A stretch of DNA of 64,000 nt from Eledone cirrhosa (Eukaryota): positions 12,958,001 to 13,022,000 of the forward strand of contig OZ024765.1 of NCBI GenBank assembly GCA_964016885.1. Reading direction: 5' to 3'. The first letter of the stretch is position 1, and the number at the start of each line of letters is the position of its first letter. A program made the position numbers and the translations under genes. The notes below the pieces were generated by a model, which was not told the DNA's origin, did not search any database, and saw nothing but the letters and a program-made list of their open reading frames with translations. This document shows, piece by piece, positions 40,335 through 54,170 of the stretch.

Positions 40335-41752
40335 CGTATATTTTGCACGTTAGTATAAGGGCTAATTGTTGGCTTGTGTGTGTGTATATATGTATATATA
40401 TGAGAGAGAGAGAGAGAGAGATGAAGCGACTGAGACTGAACTGAAACTTCGAAGTCACTGTCATTTTTCTACTCAGAAAATAAAATTTACACTCTACCGA
40501 CAAGTATTGAGTGCTCGTTCAGTTAATGTTTTTGAAGCATTGTGATATTTTACACACCCATTTCAATATACATACATATATTCATATAATATATATATAT
40601 AATATATATATATAATATATATCCATAGGCAGACCTAGAAAAACCTGGGACGAGCTGATAAACTCCGACCTCACACACTTACACCTCTCCAAGACAATGT
40701 CACTGGACCGAGACCTTTGGCGGTACTCAGTAACAGAGAAGACCCGCCTTACCTAAATACATAGTAAAACCTACTCCAGCCAGTAGGCATCTCTAACAAA
40801 ATACCCCCCCCCCCGTCCCACCACCACTACCCCCACCCCATCCACACCACCCCGTTCTATGTAAAGTTATGTTGGTGCCACAACATCCAGGCCGAAACAA
40901 ATGAGATCGTGTAGGTGTCACGACAAAAAAAACACACAGTCCACGCTGTAATGTGGCCGTGTAGGCAACACGGTAAAAACCTCCCAGACTCACACTGTAA
41001 ATGTGGTTGGTGTTAGGAAGGGCATCCAGCTGTAGAAAACCTGCCAGACAGTCCTATGCGAGCAAGACAATCACTCTTGCCTCAAGTGGGACTACCCCCG
41101 TCCAAACCCATGCAAGCGTGGAACACGGACGTTAAACGTTGATGATGATGATGATCCAGGGAGTGTGTGTGTGTATATATATATATACATATATACACAC
41201 ACACACTCTCCCTGGATATATATTATATATATATAAGGGCATATATATGAAGGCTCCTTGACAATTGATATTGAAATAAAAGAAACTGAAAATAACTCGG
41301 TCGACACACTGAATTCATTGCGTATATATTACATGTTAGGGTTAGGGTGAACATATCTTTGTCTGCTCATGTGTGTGTGATGTATGTATGTGTGTATGTA
41401 TGTGTGTATATATGTATGTATGTATGTGTGTGAATGTATGTGTGTATATATGTATGAATGTATGTGTGTATATATGTATGTATGTGTGTATGTATGTATC
41501 TATCTATCTATCTATGTATGTATGTGTGTGAATGTATGTTTGTATGTATGCAAGAGAGAGAGAATGATAGAGATTTTTTTTTAAATAGAAAGTAGTACTC
41601 AATACATATTATGATGTGTAGTGATTGTTTATATTATTTGAATTGATATCCTATGACTCACATCATCTATGTTGCCCTTATATATATATATATAATATAT
41701 ATAATATATATATATATAATATATATATAATATATATATATAATATATATAT

Positions 41753-41790
<38 letters not shown>

Positions 41791-41832
41791 TAATTCAAAT
41801 ATTAACAAAATAGATATTCTTGTGATCAATTA

Positions 41833-41899
41833 TATTTTATTATACATATTTCAGAGGTACTGAGTTAAGTTCAACAGTACGTCCTCATCAGATAAAATA
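41833..41899 (-). ncRNA. Type I hammerhead ribozyme, intact
   Basis: Minus strand TATTTTAT CTGATGA GGA C GTACTG TTGAACTTAACT CAGTAC C TCT GAAA TATGTATA ATAAAATA, with an 8-bp perfect stem I. Confidence 0.9.
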
Positions 41900-41998
41900 A
41901 AATGATACATGACATACCCTGACATAGTAGATGGTTAAGATTCAATCAAGGTAGTGAAACTCATTCTTTGATGTATTCATTGAACCTTGTTTAACTCT

Positions 41999-42053
<55 letters not shown>

Positions 42054-43291
42054 CTATGTATGTACATGTATATATATATATATGTTGTGGGCAATGCCAG
42101 GCTGGGTGACCTTGTCTTGCTCATACGGGAACAAATGAAGCCAAAATCAGTTCCGTATGAGCAAGACAAGGTCACCCGACCTGTCATTGCCCCCAACAGG
42201 ACAACCTGTCTAACCCATGCTAGCGTGGAAGAATGGACGTAAAATGGTGATGATAATGATGATATATATATATATATATTTATATATATTATAAAATAAC
42301 AGGAGGTTGGACTGGTGTAAATCCTTGAAATCAATGACCAGGTTCAGTATGAATCCGGTGACATCATCAGGTATTCAAAATATAGCAAAGGAATATAACA
42401 GATAAAATCCATGGGGCTGAAAATCAGAGACAAGAGGACAACCAACTATTTAGCAGCTTCTACCTTGGTCGGCCGCCCTCAAGCCTGAAAGTGTGCGAGG
42501 GTGAGACCACAGATTGGGGTGGTTCTCTCTGAGAGCTCTAAAAGGTTGTTTATAATTATTATAAAGAAATCGTTATTATTTGGCAGTATCGGTAGAGGGC
42601 CGGACGCCATGATTTGCAGCATAGAGTTACGGCCCTTTATGATCTGAGTTCAAATCCCGCTGAGGTTAACTTTGCCTTTCATCCTTACTGGGTCGATAAA
42701 ATAAAGTACCAGTCACGCACTGGGCTGATTTAATCGACTTTCCCCTCCCCCAAAATTGCTGGCCTTGTGCCAAAATTAGAGACAATTATTATTATTATTA
42801 TAAAGGGGTAACTGATTGGCAGAATGGGTAGAGCATTGGACAACATACTTTGTGACTTGGAGTTACATCCCTTTACATCCTGAGTTCAAATCCCACCGAG
42901 GTTAGCTTTGTCCTTTTATCTTTACGAGGTCAATAAAATAAAGTACCAGTAATACACTGGGGTCAATCTAATCAACCTTATGCCTAAATAAGAAACCACT
43001 AATATACACATTAACTTTTTTCAGGTTTCACCTGAAAAGGAAAATCGGGGTGGAGAGGGAAGTGGTGCCTTCCAGCCAAGTTGTTGAAAGGTGGGTGAGA
43101 GAGGCAAGGATGGCCCATTTAATGGGCTGGCACTAAGCGTGCGTGTAGTTATAGTATTGAAGGAGGACAACTGGGAGAGAGTGCTTGCCCTAGAGGTCAG
43201 GGTGACCATGGCTTTTGTTGGCTTTCTCCACGAGTAACCCTTGGAGTCTCCTCACCTTTGGGGAATTTGTTATGTTTGTTTTTTTTAAATC

Positions 43292-43957
43292 TTAATCCTT
43301 TAGCATTTACATTACTCTATATATACTATTGTATTTTTGAGGTAAAGGCTTTATCCTACATAATTACCCCACATAATATTGAATCTACAAGATTTTGATG
43401 TTATTTATTTTGAGAACAATAACTTAGTCTGTATGAGTGGCCAGTTACAGCCAGTTTGAACAGAAAGAGGTGAGAGGATTCTGGCCAGATACGGCCGGTT
43501 TAAATGCTAAAGGGTTAATCTCTGTTATAAATTCTATTTTACACAAAAGAAAACCCCAGACTGTATCGTTTTTAATGTGTCCTTAATTAACCCTTTAACA
43601 TTTAAAAGCCGGCCATATCCAGCCAGAATTTCTCTCACCTCTTTCTGTTCAAACTGGCTTTAACTGGCTGTAACCAGCTGCTCATACTGATGTTAAGGTA
43701 CTGTTTTCAAAATAAATAATATAAAAATCTCATAGATTCGATATTATGTGATATAATTATGTGAGATAAAGCCTTTACCCCGAAAATACACTAGTAAATA
43801 TAACCTTGATCACCTTGACCGACCAGTCTGTCAGGCGCCAATCGGCGCTGCTGGTCACAGCACGTTGTGCTGTTTTAGCCATAAGATAACACCATCCCAC
43901 TGGCTGGGCGGGCAGGCCACTAGTAAATATTGAGTAATGTAAATGCTAAAGGACTAA
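43292..43957. mobile_element. Two oppositely oriented piggyBac-like MITEs (43292-43518, 43587-43957); third copy at 46702-46934
   Basis: Ends TTAA-(C/T)CCTTTAGCATTTA ... TAAATGCTAAAGGG-TTAA with shared interiors. Confidence 0.7.
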
Positions 43958-44439
43958 ATGTGAGTCCTGTGTGGCTAATAAAGAAAGCATTATTATACAC
44001 ATCTTGGCAGGTGGTGGATTGGCAGTAACGGTAAAGGGTTGGACGCCATGCTTTCCAGCATGGAGTTACGTCCCTTTACGGACTGAGTTCAAATCCTGTC
44101 GTTCAAATCCTGTCGATAAAATAAAGTGCTAGTAATGTATTGGGTAATTGCTGGTCTTGTGCCAAAAGTATAAACAATTATTATACACATCTTGAGATAA
44201 TTGCTATGACGTGTCTGATGAAGGAACCACAGAAAACAAAGTAATTTACAAGAGGGGTTTAAAGGCCATATTCGTTTGAAACGCATTAAAAAATCACAGG
44301 AAAAAGAGATTTCACTTTAGAAATTCTCACTAAACCTATCATCTAACAACCCTTTGAAATAAAACAATAAAACAAAATTCACGATAACATCCGTCTCAGA
44401 CAGGAGTGTAATATTATAGGAAATATTTAGCAGACTATT

Positions 44440-44675
44440 GTTGTGGGTGAGCTCTTTTACATTCTGTAGTGGGGTGTTGGGGGGTGTTGTGGGTGAGCTC
44501 TTTTACATTCTGTAGTGGGGTGTTGGGGGATGTTGTGGGTGAGCTCTTTTACATTCTGTAGTGGGGTGTTGGGGGATGTTGTGGGTGAGCTCTTTTACAT
44601 TCTGTAGTGGGGTGTTGGGGGGTGTTGTGGGTGAGCTCTTTTACATTCTGTAGTGGGGTGTTGGGGGGTGTTGTG
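44440..44675. repeat. 46-bp G-rich minisatellite, about 5 copies
   Basis: Unit GTGGGTGAGCTCTTTTACATTCTGTAGTGGGGTGTTGGGGGGTGTT. Confidence 0.95.
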
Positions 44676-45406
44676 TGATTTAGTGTTGAGACTACAGTCA
44701 GTTATATGGTGTTTTTGTTTGTTTTGAGGTTTGTTTTCTTCAGCGAAAAGGACAGTAGCAGCAGTAGTAGTAGTAGTAGTAGTAGTAGCAATAGTAGTAG
44801 TAGTAGTAATAGTAGCAGTAGTAGTAGCAATAGTAGTAGTAATAGTGGTGGTGGTGGTGGTAATAGTAGTGGTGGTGGTAGTAGTGGTGGTGGTAGTAGT
44901 AGTAGTAATAGTAGTAGTGGTGGTGGTGGTGGTGGTAGTAGCAGTAGTAGAATCTTTAAGCATATCAGACACACCCATATCTGTGAGGATGATGGAGTTA
45001 ATGGGTATTCAGTGTGAACTTCTTTAACAGGTCAATGTCTTGAGAGAGTAAGTGGGAGAGAGAGAGAGAGAGTGATAAGAGAGGGAGAGAGAGTGGGAGA
45101 TTAAAAGGAGAGATAATGGTAAAGTTTTATTATTACACCCATTCAAATCCCGCGGAGGTTAACTTTGCCTTTCATCCTTGCGGGGTCGATAAAATAAAGT
45201 ACCAGTAACGCACTGGGATAATTGCTGGCCTTGTGCCAAAACGGAGAAACAACTATTACACCCATCTCCTATCTCTCCCCACCCTGCTGAGATTAGTTTT
45301 TGCCTTTCATTCTTACAGGGTCAATGAGAAAAAGTACCAGTAATGCTATGAGGTCAATTTAATCGACTTCCCTTTCCCTTCAAGTATGTCTTGATAATGC
45401 AGTTTG

Positions 45407-45882
45407 TTAATTCAGATGTTTATAGTATCTTTACTAGTAGACAGTTCAATATTAAAATAAATACTTTAATTTATCATGTGATCCAGTTATAGTGCTAATG
45501 TGGTTTCATGTGGCTTATTAATTCAGATGTTTGTAGTATCTTTACTAGTAGACAGTTCAATATTAAAATAAATACTTTAATTTATCATGTGATCCAGTTA
45601 TAGTGCTAATGTGGTTTCATGTGGCTTATTAATTCAGATGTTTATAGTATCTTTACTAGTAGACAGTTCAATATTAAAATAAATACTTTAATTTATCATG
45701 TGATCCAGTTATAGATCTAATGTGGTTTCATGTGGCTTATTAATTCAGATGTTTATAGTATCTTTACTAGTAGACAGTTCAATATTAAAATAAATACTTT
45801 AATTTATCATGTGATCCAGTTATAGTGCTAATGTGGTTTCATGTGGCTAATTAATTCAGATGTTTATAGTATCTTTACTAGT
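45407..45882. repeat. 111-bp tandem repeat, about 4.3 copies
   Basis: TTCAGATGTT recurs at 45411, 45522, 45633, 45744 and 45855. Confidence 0.95.
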
Positions 45883-46199
45883 GGTCAGATCTTCAAAATG
45901 TGTGCTCACAAACATACACACACATATACACATGCATTTCCTATCTCAGTCACAATAAGAGGTTCACTTCCCAATCACACGGTCCTGGATTCTAACACTA
46001 CATTTGTCTTCATGTAAATATTATTAGATTAGATATTTCTTCAAAGTTATTCATACATTTAATCCTGTATGTCATTTGTACAAACATGCTGAACATATAT
46101 GTAATTATATCCTAAAAATAAATAATCAAAATATCATCATACTTAATCACTTCCACGTGTTAGTAATCAACATAAACATGGTCCGTAAATCTGGAACGT

Positions 46200-46490
46200 G
46201 GAGGTGTGTGGCCTAGTGGTAAGAGTGTTGAATTTACAAATGTAATGTTGTGGGTTCGATTCCTTGACTGCATTGTGTGTTGTGTTCTTGAGCAAAACAC
46301 TTCATCTCGCATCCCTCCAGTGTACTCAGCTGAAAATGATTACCAGCAATAGCTGGGGGTTTATCCTTGCAATGGTCTGGTGTCCTGTCCATCCACAGGG
46401 AAGTCTTACACTCTTAGTCACTTCATGCCATGGAAAGAAGGATAAACACTGGCCTGATGACCCTCTGGGCTCGATCGAGACTTTAACCCT
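46200..46490 (+). mobile_element. Old tRNA-derived SINE related to the family B head/core
   Basis: GTGGCCTAGTGGTAAGAG...GGGTTCGATTCC...TTCTTGAGCAAAACACTT...ACTCAGCTG. Confidence 0.65.
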
Positions 46491-47433
46491 GCGATGGACT
46501 GGTGTTCTGACCATGGAGAGTCTTAAACTCCCATTGCTTCACGCCATCGCATCGATCTGGGGTAAGCACCAGCCCGGTTAACCTTCAGGCTCAAAAACAA
46601 ACTTTAACCCTGTCATGGACTGTCATCCTGTCCATGGTAGAGTCTTGTACTCTGTCGCTTCACACCATGGAAACCAGGATAAGCACCAGACTTTTTATTA
46701 TCAACCCTTTAGCATTTAAACCAGCCGTATCCGTCCAGAATTCTCTCACATCTTTCTGTTCAAACCGGCTGTAACTGGCCGCTTACACCTACATTAATGT
46801 ATTGTTCTCAATATAAATAACATCAAAATCTCATAGATTCGATATCATGTGAGATAATTATGTAAGATAAAGCCTTTACTGTGAAAATACAATAGTGAAT
46901 ATAGAATAATGTAAATGTAATTTAAAAGGGTTAAATCTCGAACGACCTAAGCAACAGGCAAACAATAAACATAAAGAATTTTTTTGTCTGAGTGGCAACT
47001 ATTAATTCAGTTTTAATAGGTCTTTGTATAGAGTGTATAGATGAGAGGATAACAAAAACAACTAATAATTACCTGGGATGAGGTGATAAAAGTCGACCTT
47101 ACCCAGTTGCACCTCTCAAAGGCAATGACACATGACTGTGACCTCTGGCGTCTCCCAGTAATACAGATAACCTGACTTGCCACGGGTACAAGCCGAAGCT
47201 GAAGCATATAGACAATATGTTCCCCCCCCCCTGCCCTCTCACTACAAAGTGGTCGTGGAGGTGCCACGACAAAAATCACCCAGTCCACACTGTAAAGTGG
47301 TCATGGAGGTGCCACAGCAAAAATCACCCAGTCCACACTGTAAAGTGGTCGTGTATGTATATATATATATATACATGGCCGGCATAGATTGGTTTTAGGA
47401 TTCTGTCGATCGATTGGTTATTGATTAGGCGAT

Positions 47434-47545
47434 ACCCACTGATGAAGCCGCATAAGCCGATTGTGCATTGTTGCATACTATATGCAGACACATGGTGCAG
47501 TGCACCTTACTGCTGCATTAGTGTGGCAGAAACTCGAGTCCGGGG
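47434..47545 (+). ncRNA. Type I hammerhead with extended, branched stem II
   Basis: ACCCA CTGATGA A GCCGCA ...(about 70 nt)... TGTGGC A GAAA CTCGAG TC CGGGG. Palindromic CTCGAG stem III, GUC triplet, proximal stem I A-C mismatch. Confidence 0.65.
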
Positions 47546-48184
47546 ACCTTATAGGCACCCGTTTTACGTGTGTTGTGTAGAGGCAAATAACTATGTGTAT
47601 ACTCTGGTAATGTATCTTACATTGCCTATTGAGTACGCTGAGATACAACCGGTACTGGCATTGATAAATATGCTGGGTCCGTCAACCCTTATTATATATA
47701 TATATGTGAAGGCACTTGTGTCTGTGGAATACTCAGCCACCTAAAAATAATACAAGATTGATTGCGTTTTTGAATCCAAGGGCCAACCTCTTTACACAGT
47801 GTCATATTGTATCTTTTGTGCCTTTTTCCTTGTTAACCTTTCTCTCTCTCTATTTCCTTTTCTCCTCCTCTCACATTACATGTTCTACCTCGCTATCATT
47901 GCCCTCTTGTCTTCAGTTCAAAGCACCCATGGTCACCTGTATAACTTTAACATTGTATTCATTCTACTGTGGTCCAAAAGACTCACTCTATTGTATTTTA
48001 CCCTATGTTTTTATCTCATTTTGTTATGTTGCAACTCCTGGTGCACTGGAAGGTACAAAACTGTGTTTAATATACTGAAATCATTGTGATCTCCAGTAGT
48101 TAGCTGGGGATAAAAGGGTGGTGGCTGGGTTTTTCCATTGTCTGTCCATATCACATGCTCAGATTTTGAATTATTATTATCATT

Positions 48185-48228
<44 letters not shown>

Positions 48229-48263
48229 ATAATAATAATAATAATTATTATTATAATATATGT

Positions 48264-48328
<65 letters not shown>

Positions 48329-48659
48329 TATATGTATGTATACATATATATATATAATAATATATATATATAATGAAAACTGTTCACAACAATAGCAAGA
48401 ACAACAACAATGGCAGTCTCTCAAAGGAGAAATGGATCATATGCATTCATTCTGCCATTATTTTCATAAGGTCATTCACTCACCCGGGCAGTGTTTGGCA
48501 ACGAAATCGTTCAATTGTTTTGGCAGTCTACCCAGTGTAGATCCATTATGCGGCCAGCTTGTTATCCAAACAATCTTGAGGGACTTACTTTGGTATATCC
48601 TCACAGCCGACTTGTTATTCAATTCCTGATATCGTTTCGAAAGTCAATCCATTCAGCCA

Positions 48660-49342
48660 CACATACAAACATACACAGAACCATATAGTCTTATACACAG
48701 ACATATACCGAACCATATAGACCTATACACAAACATACATAGAACCATATAGACTTATACACAGACATATACCGAACCATATAGACCTATACACAACCAT
48801 ACATAGAACCATATAGACCTATACACAACCATACATAGAACCTTATAGACCTATACACAAACATACATAGAACTATATAGACCTATACACAACCATACAT
48901 AGAACTATATAGACCTATACACAAACATACATAGAACCATATAGACCTATACACAAACATACATAGAACTATATAGACCTATACACAACCATACATAGAA
49001 CTATATAGACCTATACACAAACATACATAGAACCATATAGACCTATACACAAACATACATAGAACTATATAGACCTATACACAAACATACATAGAACTAT
49101 ATAGACCTATACACAAACATACATAGAACCATATTGACCTATACACAAACATACATAGAACTATATAGACCTATACACAAACATACATAGAACCATATAG
49201 ACCTATACACAAACATACATAGAACCATATAGACTTATACACAAACATACATAGAACTATATAGACCTATACACAAACATACATAGAACCATATAGACCT
49301 ATACACAAACATACATAGAACCATATAGACTTATACACAAAT
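48660..49342. repeat. 32-bp minisatellite, about 21 copies
   Basis: Unit ACATACATAGAACCATATAGACCTATACACAA. Confidence 0.95.
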
Positions 49343-49856
49343 ATGCACAGACACGCACACAAACATTCGCACACATACACAAATATACACAGACCTATAC
49401 ACAAACTTACACACATACACAAACATACACTCTCTTTTTCTATTTGTTTCTCTCTCTCTCTCTCTCTACTCCTCTCTCTATCTAGCGTTCTTCTCTCTAC
49501 TCCTCTCTCTCCCTACCCCATCTCTCTCTCTACTCCTCTCTCTAGACCCCTCTCTCTACTCTTCTCTCTAGACCCCTCTCTCTACTTTTCTCTCTATCTC
49601 GCCCCCCCCCCCCTCTCTCTACTCTTCTCTCTATCTAACCCTCCTCTCTCCACTCCTCTCTGTCCCCCTCTCCTCCCCACCCCATCTCCCCCTCTCCCCC
49701 TCCCCCCCTCTCACATCTCCTCCCTCTTCGCCCCCTCTCCCTATCTCTATCAATCTAAATGTCCCTCTCAGTGTTTATTTATTATTTATATATCTGTCTG
49801 TCTCTATTTCCATCTCTTATGTCTCATTCAATTATCCATGTAATCATCTAGATAGC

Positions 49857-50360
<504 letters not shown>

Positions 50361-50376
50361 AAATATGTGTGACATA

Positions 50377-50441
<65 letters not shown>

Positions 50442-50558
50442 GTATATATATATAAATGTATATATATATAAATGTATATATATATAAATGTATATATATA
50501 TATATAAATGTATATATATATATATATAAATGTATATATATATATAAATGTATGTGTC

Positions 50559-50589
<31 letters not shown>

Positions 50590-50902
50590 AACACTTGCAA
50601 GCAGGAAAAGCAGACATAAAATGATGATGATGATATACACTCATTTATACACACACAAACACACACATACACCCATAGTATATATATATTTACACACACA
50701 CACATACACCCATATATATATATATACACACACACAGGCACACGTAGGTATATATCAGTTGTGTACTGTGCCATGCTGTAATATGAAACCCAGTGCCTTT
50801 ACAATCAGGTAAACATGAACACCCCCCAATATAAGTGGCATATGTTTAAATGTGAGTATATACACACATATACATACATATACATACATATATATATACA
50901 TG

Positions 50903-50938
<36 letters not shown>

Positions 50939-51700
50939 ATGTTTATAAATCACTAGGGTTAATGTAAAACAAATAGAAACAGTAAAGAAGGGTTGTTTAT
51001 GGCGCGCATGCGCGCATACATACATACATATATATATATATAAATGTATATATATATATATATAAATGTATATATATATGTATATGTGTATATATAACTG
51101 TATATGTTTATATATAAATGTATAAATGTATATGTGTATATATAACTGTATATGTTCATATATATATATATATATAAAAATGTATATGTGTATATATATA
51201 TATATATATAAATGTATATGTGTATATATAAATGTATATATATAAATGTATATGTGTATATATAACTGTATATGTTCATAATATATATATATGTGTATAT
51301 ATAAATGTATATATATATATATAAATGTATATGTGTATATATAAATGTATATGTGTATATATAACTGTATATGTTTATATATAAATGTATATATGTGTGT
51401 ATATATAACTGTATATGTTTATATATAAATGTATATATGTATGTGTGTATATATAACTGTATATGTTTATATATAAATGTATATATGTATGTGTGTATAT
51501 ATAACTGTATATGTTTATATATATATGTGTATATATAACTGTATATGTTCATATATAAATGTATATGTGTATATATAACTATATGTTTATATATAAATGT
51601 ATAAATGTATATGTTTATATATAAATGTATAAATGTATATGTTTAGATATAAATGTATATATGTATATGTTTAGATATAAATGTATATATGTATATATAA

Positions 51701-51740
<40 letters not shown>

Positions 51741-52289
51741 TTGTATGTATATATATGTATGCTTATATATATATTTGTATGTATATATATGTATGCTTAT
51801 ATATATATATGTATGTATATGTATATATATGTGTGTGTGTTTATATACACAAATATGTATGTATAAGCCAAGTTACTCATCAATTTTTTTATTGGTTAGT
51901 TCTTCTCTGTCGCATTGGAAGGTGAAATGGCTGGCTGTGATGAGAGGGTTAAAAATAAAGTTGTGTGAAGGATCCTAGATTTAATAGAGGGCTAATATGG
52001 AGTCAAGATTTTGTAAGATAGAGACAGTGATAAGTAGATAATTAGAGGGAGAAGAAGAAAGAGGTATGTAAATTGTGCAAGTGTGGAGGGAGGGGGGGGG
52101 GCGGCGAGAAGTCGATAGTCAAAAGATATATATATATCATCATCATTGTTTAATGTCTTCCATGCTAGCATGGGTTTGTCTCCCTTGAGGCAAGATTGGT
52201 CAGCAGACCATGTCTCACTTGTATAGAGTTGTATAGAGTGGTTTCTGGCTGGTTTTCTACAGCTAGATGCCCTTCCTAATACCAACCAC

Positions 52290-53030
52290 ATTGACAGTGT
52301 GGACTGCGACCTTTTTTTCCGTGTCTCCTACAAGACCATTTTACAGTGTGGACTGGGTCCTGTTTGTCGTGACACCTACATGACTACTTTACAGTGTAGA
52401 CTGGGTCCTGTTTGTCATGACACCTACATGACCACTTTACAGTGTAGACTGGGTCCTTTTTGTTGTGACACCTACATGACCACTTTACAGTGTAGACTGG
52501 GTCCTTTTTGTTGTGACACCTACATGACCACTTTACAGTGTAGACTGGGTCCTTTTTGTTGTGACACCTACATGACCACTTTACAGTGTGGACTGGGTGC
52601 TTTTTGTCATGACACCCACACGGCCACTTTACAGTGTGGACTGGGTGCTTTTTGTCGTGACACCTACACGACCACTTTACAGTGTGGACTGGGTGCTTTT
52701 TGTCATGACACCTACACAACCACTTTACAGTGTAGACTGGGTCCTTTTTACCGTGACACCTACACAACCACTATACAGTGTAGACTGGGTCCTTTTTGTC
52801 TCAGACACCTACATGACCACTTTACAGTGTGGACTGGGTGCTTTTTGACATGAAACCCACACGACCACTTTACAGTGTGGACTGGGTGCTTTTTACCATG
52901 ACACCTACACAACCACTATACAGTGTAGACTGGGTCCTTTTTGTCTCAGACACCTACACGACCACTTGACAGTGTGGACTCGGTGCTTTTTGTCATGAGA
53001 CCCACACGACCACTTTACAGTGTGGACTGG
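52290..53030. repeat. 48-bp tandem expansion (about 15 copies) inside an RTE 3' UTR copy
   Basis: Unit CCACTTTACAGTGTAGACTGGGTCCTTTTTGTTGTGACACCTACATGA. Other copies of this UTR carry 2-3 units. Confidence 0.9.
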
Positions 53031-53401
53031 ATGTTCTGTGGTACCAACATAACTTTACAGAGAAAAGGTCAGGTGGTGTGGACGGAAGTGGGAGGATGGA
53101 GTAAGGGGTGGGGAGAGGGGTGTATATTGGTTTAAGAGGTGCCTACTGACTGTACACACACTCACACACACACACCCACACACACACAAACACCCACACC
53201 CACACTAATTCTGTTCATATTATGTCATTCAGTTTGTTAAAAGAAGACTATGATTATAACAGCAAAATACATTATATTAGGGTGGATTGGCTGTATCCGG
53301 AGTGGGTCGGATGCCATGCTTTGACGTATAAAGTTACGGCCCTTGCCATTCTGAGTTCAAATCCCACCGAGGTTAACTTATTGTTGTTATTATTCTTTTA
53401 G

Positions 53402-53530
53402 TTAATTGTTGGAGACTTTGGCTTGAGTTTAGACCAGGAGAGGGTCCAGATGGGTATGTGGGCCATCATGACAGCCCCTCTCATAATGTCTGTGGATTTA
53501 CGAAATATCAAACCAGATGCCAAGGCCCTT
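53402..53530 (+). CDS. NAGA: GH27 alpha-N-acetylgalactosaminidase / alpha-galactosidase exon fragment, copy 1
   Basis: Acceptor TTCTTTTAG, then [43 protein letters not shown]. This matches the NAGA/GLA segment LLIGNFGLS..Q...QMA.W...AAPL.MS.DLR.I and starts at the conserved phase-0 intron after WNDPDM. 3'-truncated. NAGA versus GLA orthology cannot be resolved. Confidence 0.85.
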
Positions 53531-53587
53531 GCCATTCTGAGTTCAAATCCCACCGAGGTTAACTTATTGTTGTTATTATTCTTTTAG

Positions 53588-53716
53588 TTAATTGTTGGAG
53601 ACTTTGGCTTGAGTTTAGACCAGGAGAGGGTCCAGATGGGTATGTGGGCCATCATGACAGCCCCTCTCATAATGTCTGTGGATTTACGAAATATCAAACC
53701 AGATGCCAAGGCCCTT
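53588..53716 (+). pseudogene. GH27 exon fragment, identical tandem copy 2
   Basis: 186-bp tandem unit, identical to copy 1 by eye. Confidence 0.8.
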
Positions 53717-53773
53717 GCCATTCTGAGTTCAAATCCCACCGAGGTTAACTTATTGTTGTTATTATTCTTTTAG

Positions 53774-53902
53774 TTAATTGTTGGAGACTTTGGCTTGAGT
53801 TTAGACCAGGAGAGGGTCCAGATGGGTATGTGGGCCATCATGACAGCCCCTCTCATAATGTCTGTGGATTTACGAAATATCAAACCAGATGCCAAGGCCC
53901 TT
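53774..53902 (+). pseudogene. GH27 exon fragment, identical tandem copy 3
   Basis: 186-bp tandem unit that runs into the intact 3' half of a family A SINE. Confidence 0.8.
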
Positions 53903-53966
53903 GCCATTCTGAGTTCAAATCCCACCGAGGTTAACTTTGCCTTTCATCCTTACGGGGTCGATAAAA

Positions 53967-54170
53967 TAAAGTACCAGTAATGTACTGGGTAATTGCTGGC
54001 CTTCTGCCTAAAGTAGAAACAATTATATATAGTATAAAGTACCAGTAATGTACTGGGTAATTGCTGGCCTTCTGCCTAAAGTAGAAACAATTATATATAG
54101 TATAAAGTACCAGTAATGTACTGGGTAATTGCTGGCCTTCTGCCTAAAGTAGAAACAATTATATATAGTA
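53967..54170. repeat. 68-bp SINE-tail unit x3
   Basis: GTACCAGTAATGTACTGGG at 53971, 54039 and 54107. Confidence 0.95.

Noticed and set aside
44211-44300. CTGATGA...GAAACGCATTA as a hammerhead
   Set aside because: No convincing stem I or stem II pairing; at best a heavily decayed copy. The same applies to 351-400 and 26310-26420.
46451-46485. CCTGATGACCCTCTGGGCTCG as a hammerhead
   Set aside because: No GAAA/NUH in register; it is part of a SINE tail.
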